A program made the translations under genes and the position numbers. Below, piece after piece: positions 33,307 to 47,695 of a stretch of 64,000 nucleotides of DNA. The notes beneath the pieces were generated by a model. That model saw only the letters and a list, made by a program, of their open reading frames with translations. It was not told the DNA's origin and ran no database searches. The stretch is from Octopus bimaculoides (taxonomy: Eukaryota): the NCBI RefSeq assembly GCF_001194135.2, contig NC_068991.1, positions 6,619,561 through 6,683,560 of the forward strand, read 5' to 3'. Within the stretch, counting starts at the first letter, position 1; every line of letters begins with the position of its first letter.

Positions 33307-33445
33307 CTTAATTTCTTCCATCCAATCAAGAATGTAAAGCATCTCTTGGAAGATCTTTTGTAAGTTCAGAGAAAGTTCAAGTCTCATACGACGCGCTCGT
33401 AGTAATTCCAAAAGATAGTTCCACAAACTCAGAACATTGTCTTTT
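33307..33445 (-). CDS. beta-Spec: Exon 10: (R)[15 protein letters not shown]...LDWMEEIK
   Basis: 139 nt, AG/GTAAA, phase 2 to 0. Confidence 0.96.
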
Positions 33446-33605
33446 CTGAAAAACAAATAACACAATGGGTTTTAGCTATATTTAATTGTACATATTACAG
33501 ATAAATCATATTGAATTATAATTTCAGACTATTGTCTTAACAAGATAGAAACCTTTAAAAAATTCTCTAGGAAGGTAAAGTTTCAATAAAAAAATCATGA
33601 AATAC

Positions 33606-33863
33606 CTTGCTGCAATTCTATTGATGTCATGGTAATTTTCTTGTTGCAATTCATTTGACACAGCAATAACTGCTTGGACGCGTTCTTCATATGCGTTAAT
33701 GTCAGTCTCAATTGCTTCATGTTTCTTGGTAGCAGCCTCAACAGCAGCAAGGTCATGGCCGAAATTGTCCTGAGATACCAACCGTTGGTTCTCACTGAGC
33801 CAAACTTCTCGCATGCCAGCCTTACGATTGAATCGGGCAGCCAACTGCTCGAGTTTTTCTTGT
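33606..33863 (-). CDS. beta-Spec: Exon 9: (R)[26 protein letters not shown]...DINRIAA
   Basis: 258 nt, AG/GTATT, phase 2-2. Confidence 0.97.
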
Positions 33864-34608
33864 CTGTAAAAGAATCACAAAATAAATACAACTGTTTAAG
33901 TACAATAACAGCAACAATAAATTTTACGTTTTAACAACAGAAAGAAATATTGGAAATAAATATTTGATTTAAAATAAATTCAAATTAAACAAACTTTAGA
34001 ACAGACCGAATATATTTGGGACATAGCTGACTTGTCAAAAGGCATTTTAACTGGTCTGCTATGGAGAAAAATTCTTGTTTTAGGTGTGCAAACATACTAA
34101 AAGTCAGTTCAGAATATGGAGTGGTGGGTGCATTGCAAGCATTTCTGCTCTCTTCAGTATCAGATACCCAGTGGGGCAACTCCAAACTGACTGGAAGGCC
34201 TAACTTCCTTGTCCCAAACATATTTTAGGCCAATGCTTTGTGTGTCATCCACATAAATATGAATTATCAATTGATGATATAATAATTGAAATTTTTACAA
34301 TTCTCTATTTTTGTTTTGAAATATTTGTTGCAGACAAAAGAAATTACATAACAGACACTATAAGATGAAGCTACAGTATTAATGCGCCAAGTTTGGTCCA
34401 AGAAAGCTATTAGTTTTACTCCTTAGACAATGGTCAATATTCTGACTATTTCACCATCACAAACTCATTGGCCATCATTATTCTTTACGATGGTGAGCAA
34501 TTGAAAGTGCATTCAGTGGTGAAACCAAATGTTCCAAGAATTTGTAATTTGACTCGACTGGTCTCTAAATGCCTAATTACAAAACTAGGCATAAAAAAGT
34601 TGACTCAC

Positions 34609-34791
34609 CGGATCAGTTCTTCACGCAGAGCCAGTTCTCTTTCATGTTCAGCTTTCTCAAGTTTGTCCCAAGCTTTGTTGATGTCAGATATCAGTTTTCC
34701 TTCTCTGGGTAGATAGGGTCTTTGGTTGTTAGCCCTCATCTTACTTTGGAGTGTGAATAGAAGGACCTCAAGGTTTCCTTTCTCCACAAAT
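34609..34791 (-). CDS. beta-Spec: Exon 8: (K)[23 protein letters not shown]...ALREELI
   Basis: 183 nt, AG/GTGAG, phase 2-2. Confidence 0.97.
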
Positions 34792-35598
34792 CTGAAAAAG
34801 AGCAATTTTTTAATTTTTTGTTATTTATTTATTTATCTCAAAAAACAATGCCCCTCAACCACCACCAAAAAATAAATAAATTACTTAGGAAATTTTAATT
34901 AAATTTACTAGGTATCTAAAATTAAAATTTTTCCATTAAAAATCAACCAAAAAAAGTAAATAAGGAAGAAATGTAGTTTCACAACCAAGTTGAGAATCAG
35001 ATTTCATGAAAGTTGGGGCAGAAATTATTCCTTCATTGATCTTAAATCACTGATTCTGACTGAAATACTGACTCTAAAAACTTAAACGATAATATAGATT
35101 CCCCCACCACCACCACACCAAAAGACATCATATGAAAATTCTAATAGCAATAGTTATCTCCCTGTACTTCTAATCATTCTTAAAGGGGAAAATATAACAG
35201 TTGATATATATATTTTGTGCAATAATTTCTCTATAAATATTGATGGTTAAATGAGGGACAGGACAAATTGAAATAGAATATGAAACTTCTGAAGTGGAAT
35301 AATATTTCAGAGAAGTACTTGTCTGACCAAGTGATTTGATTTGTGTTGAAACTAAAATAATTAGTGTGGAAGATACATATAGCCATTCAAAGACATACCA
35401 ACTCAAATGCAGAATGCAGTTTTTGTGCGTTTCTGAATGATTAATATGTAAGTGTCTTCCATGGTATAAGTGTGAATAAATAATAGATAGAAGTAAAAAA
35501 ATGGAAATGTTTAACTAAATGAGATAAAAGATAACTTTAAAAAAATTAAAATATACAGCTGTATAATTTATGTACATTATAGAGGGCTGGGGACTTAC

Positions 35599-35786
35599 TT
35601 TGGTGGTTTTTCGACAGTTCTGTAGGTGTTAAAGCCTGTCAATTGCTCCTGCACGCCAGTTAAAGAGTTGGCGAATTTTCTGTCATTCAAAATAACTATT
35701 GTCTGTTCAATCCATTCCAAGAGGTCAGATGTTAGTGTTTCATATTCTTCAATCATTTTTTCTGTATCAATGGCATTGTCAATGAC
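35599..35786 (-). CDS. beta-Spec: Exon 7, spectrin repeat 1: [16 protein letters not shown]...RTVEKPP
   Basis: 188 nt, AG/GTAAG, phase 0 to 2. Confidence 0.96.
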
Positions 35787-36532
35787 CTGAAAGTAAAATT
35801 AAAAGTTTTCATATTTATATACGTATATAATGTCAAGTTGAGAATCATCTGTATAATAATAATAAATAATAATAATAATTGTGTGTGTGTGTGTGTGTTT
35901 ATGTTTAAATTATCTTTTTAACTACTTTACTGTGGAAATCAGATACATCTACCCCAAACTCCATTACTCTTAAACGTGGAAATCAGTTCTATATTCCTAA
36001 CCATCCATTTTTTTAAGACAATGTTTTCCAGAGGTATTTCTAGGGACTTGAACTCAGGACTGCTAACTAACTAAAGAAGCCTTAATCAGTGTTTGAGGGC
36101 TGATTTAATGTGAGCTGCTCCTGGTGACATCTAGGCTGATTGAACCAGTAAAAGTTAAAATCTTATGTACACAGACTATTGCCAGTGATGGGATGGCACA
36201 CCGATAGTTCAACAAACTATTAATTGGGGCAACTTTATAGAAATTACAGAAATACAAATCTGGAAACCATTTCTTATAGAAAATATTAAATTGGCGTTAT
36301 TATCATGCATTATCTGCATTCTATTTTATCTACTATTCTTTATAATAAGCCTTATTCTTCAGAACTTACTTACTCCCTCCATTGGACTCACCTATTTTGT
36401 TTTGAAAAACAAACTGCTTCTGCTTTATTACTTTAATATCTATAGTAACTGTTCCATGAAAGAGCAACAGTTACATAGTGCTTTACTTTGTGTATCATAA
36501 ATAATTAATATAAATTTTTGTGTTCTACTTAC

Positions 36533-36645
36533 TCTGCCAATTCTCTTGCCTTGAACAGATTCAGCCTTCATTTTCGAGAAGTAATGATAGTAGGTGACAA
36601 CATATGTAATGATGGACTTCTCATCAGGAATCTCAACATTGACAT
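36533..36645 (-). CDS. beta-Spec: Exon 6: (D)[37 protein letters not shown]
   Basis: 113 nt, AG/GTAAG, phase 1 to 0. Confidence 0.97.
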
Positions 36646-38095
36646 CTAAAATTTAAGAAAAGAAAAGAAAATTACTAATAGGAAAAATATATATCTGTTC
36701 AAAATTCAACACAAATTACTATATATGTAGGTTTTGAAGTAATGTTGACAAGTATTCGATTTTGTACTGAAAAGTTCTAGTCAGTTTTATTACTGAAGTC
36801 TGTTATAATGCACTTGAGCACTGCATACAACAAGATTATCATCATTAGAAGCAGTAGTATTTAAGAAAATAGTTCATGGCTAAAATATTTTGAATACTAA
36901 AATGCTGCACCTCAAAAATCAGAGGATTTTCAATGAGTAGGCACACATTCTACAACCACCCCCCAAAACATTTACTCATGTGGCACCCCTAATTTTAGAG
37001 TTAAATCTTAGTACAAAATTTTTCCCCTTCATAGTTTTAGCTTTGCCCTGTGTATAAGTTACAATCCAGATTTTCCAGTTAAAATCAAGTCCAGAACAGT
37101 GCAACTCGTACACGAATAAATATTGTAAACTAAAATTTAGTCAGTTCCTCAGGTTGCATGTATTAAAAAGGTTTTCAAGAATTTTTTTAGTCTTTTAATC
37201 CTCCTACTAAAGCCCTTGTCTTAGGCACAATATTCCTTCTTAAATGCTTCCATATAGCGTTTCATATCTATGCTAGGCCTACTGAAGAAGTTCCATGGGT
37301 CCAGCATATATGCTGATTCTCTCAAAGAAAAGTCAATGGCAGGAAACATGGCTATAACAATGAAGATAAGCATACTACTCAAAATAAATCAATATAAATA
37401 TGTAATGATATATTATCTCAAATAATTAAATATTTAATTAACTCAGACCACTTAACATATCTCTTGAGTCAATTGTTAAAAAGACAAAAAAAATGTTTGA
37501 ATATGTAATTATTTTTATTTTGAGTTTCTGAAATTTCTATGTAAAACTTTTATAGAATAAGTTTTATTTTAAAACAGAAATCAATAAATGTATCTATATA
37601 CATTATATATGAGTGAAAATATATAAACAAATATAATTGGATTAGTTTTTTGTAGGATGATACTCTAATACCACTGCAGTATAATGCTGGTATTGATTTT
37701 AACAGCTTAACTGCTCAACCACATCAGTTGATTGTTTCAATGTTTACTTTATGTCAATATAATTTGCAGCTTTTAATTTGGATAACAAAAATCAAAGTTA
37801 CACAGAGAGTATTTATTATTTAATGAAATATTACAAGTGCAACTTTGGAAAAAAAATAAATTCTATCCTTAATATGCTATCTACAAATACTAGGCCCAAT
37901 GAAAATGTACTCTAATGTGATATTCCTGATCAACCTCAGATATCTCGTTAGGAATGAATATATAATGCATTCATAATCTTATTTAATCAATTTTATACAT
38001 ATAAAATCTTTGTAAATTATCCATTAATATTGTAAGTAATCATGAAAACATTTAGGCTCAGTTTGATTTAATACACAAAACATAGAAGAACTAAC

Positions 38096-38211
38096 CTTCA
38101 GGATCCAAAAGCTTAGTGATACCAAGCTTTTCTTCAGCAACAGTAAACGCATTGTTGAGATTATGCATGGCATTAGATTTCTGAAGTCTGTCATATTGAA
38201 TAAGGTCAGAT
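38096..38211 (-). CDS. beta-Spec: Exon 5, CH2: (R)SDLIQYDRLQKSNAMHNL...KLLDPE
   Basis: 116 nt, AG/GTTAG, phase 2 to 1. Confidence 0.95.
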
Positions 38212-38831
38212 CTGGAAGAAAGAACAATACAGAAACAATAGATAAGGTCTCAAAGAGAAATAGAATTATAAGATATTTATAAGCAGTGTTTTGTAGATAG
38301 TAAAACTTCTGATACCAGAAAATTATACAGAGACTTAGTTAATTTATGCTAATGATATGAACTAGCAATTTATCTGCTATTTAGGATGGACGCTTGAGTG
38401 CTGAGAGTGCTACTGTACCCTGTCTGTGAATGCAGGAGAAGTGAAGCTCTTTAGTTGTTTCAGCCCCTTTCACTCACACCTAAGCTTCCTAGGAGGGGGG
38501 GGGGGGCTACGCACTGATGTAGATAGTCTTGCACAACAGTATGAACTTTGTTGAGTCAAATGTTGTGACTCTGGGCCTGATGTTTCTGTCATCCTTGATG
38601 GTCAATCTTGCTGCACCACTCGTCCTCCCTCCCTCTCTCCCTGAAGTTTCTGACAACATCTTTTCTCTCCATCTCAGCCAGTCCACGACCAGCATTATAC
38701 TTTTTGTTTTTTAAACATTACTTTTTACTTGGCATTATTAACATTCGTTCCTAGAGGGACACCATCAACAACTTAGCAAAAAGAATTGAACCTATTTTCC
38801 TTAACATTTACGGGTTCAAACTTCTAGTTAC

Positions 38832-39001
38832 CTGTGTTTGTGAATGATAGCATTAAATGCTAAACCATCTCTCCAGCTGGTAGTGAAATTTCTGACATTG
38901 ACATTAGGGTAGCCAGCAGTTTTCATCTGGCACCAAAGCAAGAGTGCGTCTTTAGCAGATTTGGTTTCACTATTTTCTGTCTCTTCAATGATATCTTGGA
39001 T
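38832..39001 (-). CDS. beta-Spec: Exon 4, CH2: [25 protein letters not shown]...NAIIHKH
   Basis: 170 nt, AG/GTAAC, phase 0 to 2. Confidence 0.97.
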
Positions 39002-39158
39002 CTGAAAAACAGGAAACCAAAAAGCATAAATCAAATGAACTCAAAAAATAATTATTTTTATATGTCAACAATTAAAAATTACAAAATAGAAATATACTTT
39101 GTAATTAAAATAGATACAAAGATATTAATTGGTACATAAAAGATTTAGGTTTACTAAC

Positions 39159-39332
39159 CTGGAAGCGAAGAATAATGGTCCATATAAGACCAAGAGTAAG
39201 TCTAGCACTGCCATCAACTATGTCATGAGCACCCATGTTTTCAAGATGGACTTTTTGTTCATGCAGGAATGTCAATGCTTTATCTACATTTTCCAGGCAA
39301 TGAATCCTCATTTTCCCTTTTGTTGGCCGAGG
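39159..39332 (-). CDS. beta-Spec: Exon 3, CH1: [20 protein letters not shown]...[11 protein letters not shown]
   Basis: 174 nt, AG/GTTAG, phase 0-0. Confidence 0.97.
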
Positions 39333-40062
39333 CTGAAAAACAGAGAAAAATATAATTAAACATAATTACCAAATGTAGTAAAATAATAACTAACGAAAAG
39401 GTCTTTGCAAATTCAAAGGTTAAAAATGTCCAATAGCTAAAATTGTGAAGAAATACAAAACCAAAATTATATTGAATTCCTGGAGGCTAAAAACAACAAA
39501 AAAAAGTTCCACTGAATGGATGAGAACATCTTTACATAGCAACAAAAACAAGGAAGCTTAAAGCCATTTGGTTAAATGCAAAATGAGACCAACCAATGTA
39601 ATAATACACCTTGTAAGAGTCGAGGTTTAATTGGCAATCATCACTATAGACACATCCATAAGGATTATATAAAGAATAACTTTAATCAGTATTTTGAATA
39701 AGTGGACTTAACCATTTGTTCCTTATGTAATAAAGTAAGTACCATACAGAGTACTGGTCTCTCAATATAATCAACCTTGAAGACAGTCTCCCAAAATGGT
39801 CACAATCCAAAAAGAGTGAAGCCAGATGAAAATTAAATCAAAATGAACTTAATTATAATGTCTGGATGGAGAAGCGATTGAGTGATGAATAGTAATGTTT
39901 CGTCCACATTTGTTTTTGTTACTTTCTGAAAGATTTTAATTTATGATAGAAATGTATTTAATGCAAAATAATTAATTTTGCATTCTAAAAGATTTTAGCA
40001 TCTTTCCAAGAAATAAGAACATTGAATATTTCCTTCAGTAAATTAAAGTATACATTTTAAGC

Positions 40063-40175
40063 AGGTGCAACTATGCTCATGTGGTTCAGAAGTTCACTCC
40101 ATGACTAGGTATTTTCAGGTTCAATTCCACTGCATGACACCTATGGCAAGTGTCTTCTACCATATCTTCAAGATG
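40063..40175 (+). mobile_element. Family A degraded copy
   Basis: gtggttcagaagttc...ggcaagtgtcttctac. Confidence 0.6.
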
Positions 40176-40519
40176 ACAAATACCCACTGCATGCATTATG
40201 TGGGCTACATCTTTTGCCTTTGTATATCAGCAGAAAATATAAACATTGGCCAAAAACCAATGACATTCAATTGGTCGACAGGAAACCGGCAACAAATTGT
40301 TGTTCAAGTTTGTAAGAGAAAACAAACTAAGTAACATTAAAAACCCGGAATATATAAATAACACTATCAACGACTAATCTGACTCACTTTTAGAGTCCAT
40401 TATGAGCCAGATAAATTTTTTCTGTAAACAAAAACTCTTATATGATAAAAGTTTCGAAATTCAGTCCAATTTGGAAGTATCCAGAATAAATTTAAATTTT
40501 CTATGTATATGTATCTGGT

Positions 40520-40700
40520 ACGATGTAAAAAGAAACTAGTGCTGCCACCCTGTATGCATTGTAAAGTGATTGCTGTTAGGAAGGGCATCCAGATGTAGAA
40601 AACAGAGAATTGTAGCCTGGTGCAGCTCTCTGGTTTGCTAGCGCCTGTCAAACCGTCTAACCCATGCCAGCATGAAAAACACATGTTAAATGACGATTTA
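40520..40700 (+). mobile_element. Family B copy
   Basis: gttaggaagggcatccag...aacccatgccagcatg...ttaaatgacg. Confidence 0.8.
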
Positions 40701-40899
40701 AGTTGTATAGATAATTTATTAACCCTACAATATTTATTGCTTCATTGAACGGTCAACCATACAGTATTTTCAACTCATGCATGCTATTGTAATTCTTATA
40801 ATCAGGTAGGGATATATTAGTAAATTATATTTTATTTTAAAGCTTAACATCAAAGTTTTTTTATTATTTAAAAATTGTATTATTCTTTTCTATTCTATT

Positions 40900-41108
40900 C
40901 TAGGCACAAGGCCCCCATTTTTTTTTGGGGGGGGGGCAGTCAATTAGATTAATCCCAGTACGCAAACTGGTACTTAATTTATCGACCTTGAAAGGATGAA
41001 AGGCAAAGTCGACCTTGGTGGAATTTGAACTCAGAACGTAAAGGCAGACGAAATACTGCTAAGCATTTCGCCCGGCATGCTAACGTTTCTGTCAGCTCGC
41101 CGCCTTAA
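40900..41108 (-). mobile_element. Family C SINE-like repeat (tRNA-like head on minus strand)
   Basis: gaaaggatgaaaggcaaagtcgacc...gaatttgaactcagaacg...cagctcgccgcc; CpG still partly intact, so relatively young. Confidence 0.8.
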
Positions 41109-42146
41109 AAACTGTATTATTTTAAAAATGGAGTGGTTGAATATTTTCAGTTTTTATTAGCCGTTTTTAAACATTGTTAAAACAATTTTAAAGGACTTGC
41201 AGATTTTACTGTATAATATTATGCAAATTATAATCACAAACAAAACGAAACTATATACTCATGTTTTGAGATTTATTTTCCTGTTTGTATCCTCAAACCA
41301 ATATTGACTAATTACTTTGTGAATGTCTATGTGAGCCTGCACATAAGTGCATATATAAGAGTGTAATTATGTATAGTGTTTTGCACAAATACTGAAATTG
41401 CATACTTCAGAGATTTTGGTATTTTATTTCATTACAATAATATGGGAAATGTAAACATGAAGAGTGAAATTCTCATTATTACAATTAGACTCTTGGTAAC
41501 AATTATATTGCTCTTTTCCAGTAGATCTTGTTTAAAAAGAGACACCACTTCATAACTGAATGATTAATTAGAGTGAAGCCTGATCATTCATTTGAAATGG
41601 AGAGAGAATGAATGAAACTAAATTTACAACACAATTCAAGTCAATGTTAAACAAACAACTCTCTGAATTCACTCAAATACTAAAAATGTTTCCAAATCAA
41701 TTTTGCCAAATTTCTATTATAAAAATTGTAGCTGTGCTATATATGAAACTATTTACAAACTGAAAACAAACCATTAAAATCAACTATGGGTAATCTAAAG
41801 AAAAAAAAAGACAAAATATTGTGAACAGATGTTGAAAAATTCAATTTGTATAAACTATTATTATTATTGTTATTATATAATAATTTTTGTCATAATCTAA
41901 AGAATTTGCTACAAACACTGGCATACTGAACGTAATTCAATTGTGGATATGATTGTAAAGTGAAATTAGTCTGAAATTAGTCTGCTGTAAAGAATTTTGC
42001 CAACAAATTTCTATTGAATATTGTTTGTAAATAAAATTATAAAAATGGAAGAGATTACATTGTATTAAAATTGAAATAGAACTAAAAGCAAATAAAATTA
42101 ATCATCAAAAAACTAAAAAGGAAGAAATACAGTAAAAACTATCTAG

Positions 42147-42147
42147 C

Positions 42148-42194
<47 letters not shown>

Positions 42195-42195
42195 G
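42147..42195. repeat. Compound (TA)n(CA)n microsatellite
   Basis: Direct inspection. Confidence 0.9.
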
Positions 42196-42751
42196 CGCAC
42201 GCCCTATAAAAAGCATGAGCTACTCTCTTTAAGCTACAAAAATCAGGCAGAAGATCCATTCCTTTAGGTTGGTGTTAACTATTTTTACATTAATAAAATT
42301 ATACAGATATGCATTGACCAAGGTATGTTCAGAACGAGTATGAGCTAAATCAATCTCATTGATATCTGGGAGAGCCTAACTTATCTTCTCTCTCCTATAA
42401 AGAGCAAAAAAATTCCTTTGACATAAGTCTGTCTAAATTAGTAATAAAGGAGTGCATTTATTTTAGAAACTTTCCAATCCACAAAGGCTTACACCTTATT
42501 TGATAAATCTCAATCAACATCTATAATAAACATTTTAACCTCCCTCCAACAGCAGTGAATGTCCAACAGCCATTTAAGTGTTGAACCATTTGGAATTTCA
42601 AATATTGATTCAATAACTTTCTGAACCAGAAAGAGTATTTCTGAAGTCAATTAACTTATCCAGTACAAGTGACAAACCTTCAAATTCAAAGATAGAAGTG
42701 TAATGGTACTTCAATCTCATCATCATCTCATAAATCATGAAAAAATATCAA

Positions 42752-42890
42752 TATGGCTGTGGAGTTAAGAAGCTTACATTCCAACCATGTGTTTTGGGTT
42801 CAGTGCCACTGCAGAGCATCTTTGGCAAGTGTCTTGTACTAAAACCTTGTACTGACCAACGCCTTGTGAGTGAACTTCGTAGATAGAAAC

Positions 42891-42925
<35 letters not shown>
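42752..42925 (+). mobile_element. Family A copy ending in (TG)n
   Basis: aagaagcttacattccaaccatg...gccttgtgagtg...gaaactg. Confidence 0.75.
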
Positions 42926-42927
<2 letters not shown>

Positions 42928-43146
42928 CACGTGATTGACCAGGTTATTAGATGTTATACATCACTAGTCACAATTCACATTTTTTTGCATTGGTCTTAAC
43001 TTTCAAATGATGTCACCCTACTGGCTAGGTTATTACAGTGAACGTACTGGCCGCCTCGGACACTCAGCGAAGAGCACCCTCGAAGGAACTGTGCGGGCTG
43101 AAACAATCAGGAGGTGGAGGCGCTACTGCAACGCAAACGGCGATAC

Positions 43147-43215
43147 AAGGTCATCAGCATAGAGGAGCTCTCAGGAGCAGCCTGTCTTGAATTCCTCTGT
43201 TATTGCCTACATCAG
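43147..43215 (-). mobile_element. RTE-type LINE reverse-transcriptase relic
   Basis: Translates AITEEFKTGCS*ELLYADDLV (YADD catalytic motif, with a stop where W is expected). Confidence 0.8.
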
Positions 43216-43227
43216 AAAAACCTTAGC

Positions 43228-43333
<106 letters not shown>

Positions 43334-44272
43334 GGACCTACACACGTGTGCATGTCTGTTTGCCCCACAACTTGACAACCAGTGTTGGTTTGTTTATGTT
43401 CTCTAAGTTAGCAGTTTGTCAAAAGAGACCCTATAGATAGCACTAGATAAAAAAAAAGTCCTGGGGTTGATTTGTTCCACAAAACCCTTCAAGGTTGACC
43501 CATGCATGGGTACAGCCCAATGACTAGACTCATTTAATCGAAATAATAGCAATTTCAAGACCAGAACTCAAAATGATTAATTATTGAATGGTCCATTTTT
43601 ATATAATTTTGACAGGTACACTACTGCTAAAACTGATCAAACGTTTATACCTCATGGCCATCTACCTGTTGCCAGTGTTGTAAGAACAAAAAAGAAACTC
43701 CCAGAAAGCTGACTTTTGTTTTGGCTGCATTAACTTACAGGTCAACTGAGCTAAATGTATCCCAAACCTTGTCACACCTCTCCAAGAGATGTGCAAAAGA
43801 TAGGCTCAAGTATGTGAGAGCAACTGCATAGTTGAGATCTGTGATCCTTGGATCTCAGTTGATAAAGAGGTTAAGAACACAATATGAGCAGTAGACAAAA
43901 GTCAGGTCATTTCACGGAGGAGCATGACAGTTCAAAATTTCCAGATCTCCACTTGCTTGCTGAAGTATTTGTCTGAAATGCCTGCTGAGGCTGGGTTGCA
44001 TAGAATACATGAGTAACTGGAGTTATAGAAAGGAGCAGGAGGAGGAGGAGGAGGGTTAACTAATAGAACATTTATACTATTTAGTTCTTTTTTGGTTTAG
44101 CAAGAAAATTTTGCAGGACTGGCATTTTTAACTTCTAGATTAATATAATTGAAATGATTAGTTTACTGATTAGATCAAGGTCAGTCCTGATCAAGCTGAC
44201 CTATGATCAAAAGCAATCCAGCTGTGGCCATCTTGTCTTTTTAGAGGTATTTAGGACATTATCTAATATTGT

Positions 44273-44575
44273 GAAGGCGCATGGCTGAGTGGTAAGGATA
44301 CCTGGCTCATGATCATAAGGTTGCAAGTTTGATTCCTGGCAGCACATTGTGTCCTTGAGCAAGACATTTTATTTCACTTTGCTCCAGTCCACACAGCTGG
44401 CAAAAGTGACTAGTACCTGTAATTCAAAAGGGGCAGCCATGTCACATTCTGTGTCATGCTGAATCCTCCTGAGAATTACATTAAGAGTATTTGTCTGTGG
44501 AGTACCAAACCACTTGCACATTAATGTCAAGAGCTGCCCATTCCATTGATTGGATCAACTGAAATCCTCATCATA
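44273..44575 (+). mobile_element. SINE-like repeat with a tRNA-like head
   Basis: ggcgcatggctgagtggt (box A-like)...gtttgattcc (box B-like)...tgtgtccttgagcaagac. Confidence 0.65.
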
Positions 44576-47529
44576 ACTTATAATGATATGAGGGTGATTT
44601 GGCTGTTATTTGTAGCAATGAAGAAACTACAGAGAAACTCTCATGTATTAGTAACATATAGTTAAGGTGGATTCAATCAGTTTTACATCACCACCTCAAA
44701 ATTGGCTTAAGAACAATAAAACTAGAAGAGGAAGTAATTTCTTAATCAAGACACAGATCTCATAATACTTAATAATGGTTAAAAGGATGCCAATGCAGAG
44801 AAAACAGCCAATATTTTAATACAAATAAATGAGATTAGGAAGTCAATATATAAAGACTGCAAATATCAAACTAAAAATTTGTTAACATTGTCATGAGTTG
44901 TATAAGAAGTGTAAATAAAAGTCTACAATTATTTGAATAAGATTAATTTTAAGAAAACAGTTTAAAATAGCATTCAATATTAACTTATTTATTAAGAACA
45001 AATATTTTATATCTATATTTATACACTGCTTCAGCTTTACTGCCAGCCAAATTGTTATTCATAAGCCCAATAAAGAACATAAACATGAAATTGTCAGATC
45101 AGACTCAATTTTGTGGTTTGAGGTTTAATTTGAGGGATGTTCTGAAGTTGATACAACTGGCTGACATCTGGAATTAGCTGATTACTAACAGGGAAACTGT
45201 GATGAGATATATACTGAAGAGAAAAACAGTGTCCCTAAGGAGTTAAAGAAAAAATACATAGTTGTGTGAGGTGAATCTGTCATTTACTAAGGGATGGGCC
45301 TTAGTGACATTTCACTCACCCAACTAAATGTTAAATGTTTCATACATTTTATGTGGTATTAAGTAAATGTAAATATGCCCTTAGAGACTGGAGATATGAA
45401 TTTGTTCCTTTTAAGAAGCGTACAGCACAAATGTGTATTTTTCATGCTATAAAGTGTTAAAGTTCAGCAATAATTGACACTCCTACTAATAACGATAACA
45501 AAAGCCTAACTTCTTTTTAAATGTGAATTTTTACCCTATATACCCAGGAGCTATTACTTGTTGGAAAACAATTAAGAAATTATTTCATCCACTAAGTAAT
45601 ACGTCAACAGGCAAGAATAGCGAGTATTGTGCGTGTGCAAGAGAGGGTGGGGGTAAAACAACTCCATGGGCTGAACTTAGGCTTCAAACTGCATTAAATT
45701 GCTAACATCCTATAATAAACAAAAATGGAAAATACAAACATTGATGTAGAAGCAAACTGAGTGGAAGATGCTGATGTTATATACCAAGCACCTTTTTTTT
45801 CATCATGTGGGGCAATAGCACCTGACTTTTGTAGGTTTTCACCAACTGATGAGGTTGCCATGTCAGCTCTGATCAGAACAATTGACTATAGGCATTTCAG
45901 CTGTGGCCATCCTGACTTTCTTGTAAAACTATAATAACCAATGTATAATTTTTTTTTTTATATTACTGAAAAAATGTTATCTACAGATTTATTTGTTAAT
46001 TCTAGCTGGTCAGGTGACTATGCAGAAGTTCTCTTGTTAGATCATGACTAACAAATTAGATGTTGACTTGTAACTTCTGTCAGTTAATACCTGTAGGAAA
46101 CTTTGAGCAGAGACAATTTCAGTCTGGAATTTTGCAACATTTGAAGAAGACCCTGAGCAAATAGTTTTAGGGACAACATCTGATACACAACACTATGACA
46201 AAATATCCAAATCAATCAGACTCAAGAACAAAAACTTCAGCTTTGGAATCTAAACAAACATATTTCATATATTCTACGGAAAAGTGTAAAATTGATGAAT
46301 TGAACCAAATTGATAGAGTCAATTTTGGACTTTATCTGAGGTAAATCTCCAACCGTGCCGGAGATTTATCTTGATTTACATTGATTCATCCTATTGACGA
46401 GTTGGAAAATAAATGCTCACCAAATATAGACACTCTTAAACAAAATTAGCTTTATGCCTTGTGTAAAAGAAATTAAGCAATATTTTTTTTGTCAATGACA
46501 AGAAAGTATACAAAGTGCATTTGTCAACAGTTTAAATGAAGGAATTAAGACACAAATGCATAGATACCTTTATAAATATCCTTCATATAACAAGCCTGTT
46601 TGTAACACAACATTGGCCATAAAATTAATATATTACATTAGAACATCTAACACAAAATGCAAGCTACCAAACACAAACCAACACTTTTTATAAAAATCCA
46701 TGGATACATTACAAATACTTCCAACAAAATGGAAGTTTCCAACATTACAGCACTACCTGCTACAATACAATACTGTTACTTAAAAAAAAAACTATGCACC
46801 TTCAAAAAGGGGACAAGAAAATATTAATAAAATCTTGAAAAATAAGGAGAAAGTACTCTAAAAATATTTTTTCTGTTAATTATATATTTTTTTTACTAGC
46901 CAATAAAATACCTCATATAGAAATAGCCATTTATAACTTTACAGGTTGTTCTTCTGTAGTGACACAATCTTCCAAGATATCGCAGCATTTTTACAAAGGT
47001 AATGATTGGACTGACAGTTCAATAGTATATGTATATGCATGCAAACATACACACTATTCTCAACCATGGGCTAAGTTAGCAGTCTAACTATATAGATTTA
47101 TAAGAAGGTTATCTGCAAGGTTTACGAGTGGTGCAAAGAACACCAACATCAAGGAAAATAAGATAAGTCAAAGTCTTCAAGCTAAATGGTCTATCTATGA
47201 AGCCAGCAAGAAGTGCTGATTCAGATGAATTGTCGAAATTCAAAACTTTGAAGAGAAAGTTTGGGTGAAACATACACATGGCCAACACTGAAGTATTAAG
47301 CAGCAACAACATAGAAGTATCAGGGAAATGGCCTTGAAAGTGTTCTTTTTATCTTTTGTTTCAGCTACTGCACTGTGGCCATGCTGGAGCACTATCTTGT
47401 GTTTGGTTGAGCAAATAGATCAGCCCCAGTAAAATCTTTTCTTTTTAAAGTCTGGTACCCATTCTATTAGTCTCCTTTGTTGAGCTGCTGAGAGGACATA
47501 AACCAACCAACACTAGTTGCCAAGCTATG

Positions 47530-47695
47530 GGAAGGCCAACACACGCAATGGGTTTCCAGTTTCCATCGACCAAGTTCACTCACAAGGTACTGGTAGGCCC
47601 AAGACTATAGAAGACACTTGCCCAAGAGCAGGACTGAACTTGTGAACTTGAAACCACATGCTTACAAAGTGAGCTTAACGACACAGCTATACCCA
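47530..47695 (-). mobile_element. Family A copy (reverse)
   Basis: cagtttccatcgaccaagttcactcacaagg...tatagaagacacttgccc. Confidence 0.7.

Noticed and set aside
38507-38714. GC-richer ORFs in intron 4
   Set aside because: No splice sites in a compatible phase, and CH2 is continuous without them; probably repeat-derived.
42200-42240. TATAAAA after a (CA)n tract as an antisense promoter
   Set aside because: A single motif in AT-rich DNA, with no downstream gene evidence.
44273-44350. tRNA gene
   Set aside because: Only degenerate A/B-box-like motifs of a SINE head; I could not build a cloverleaf.
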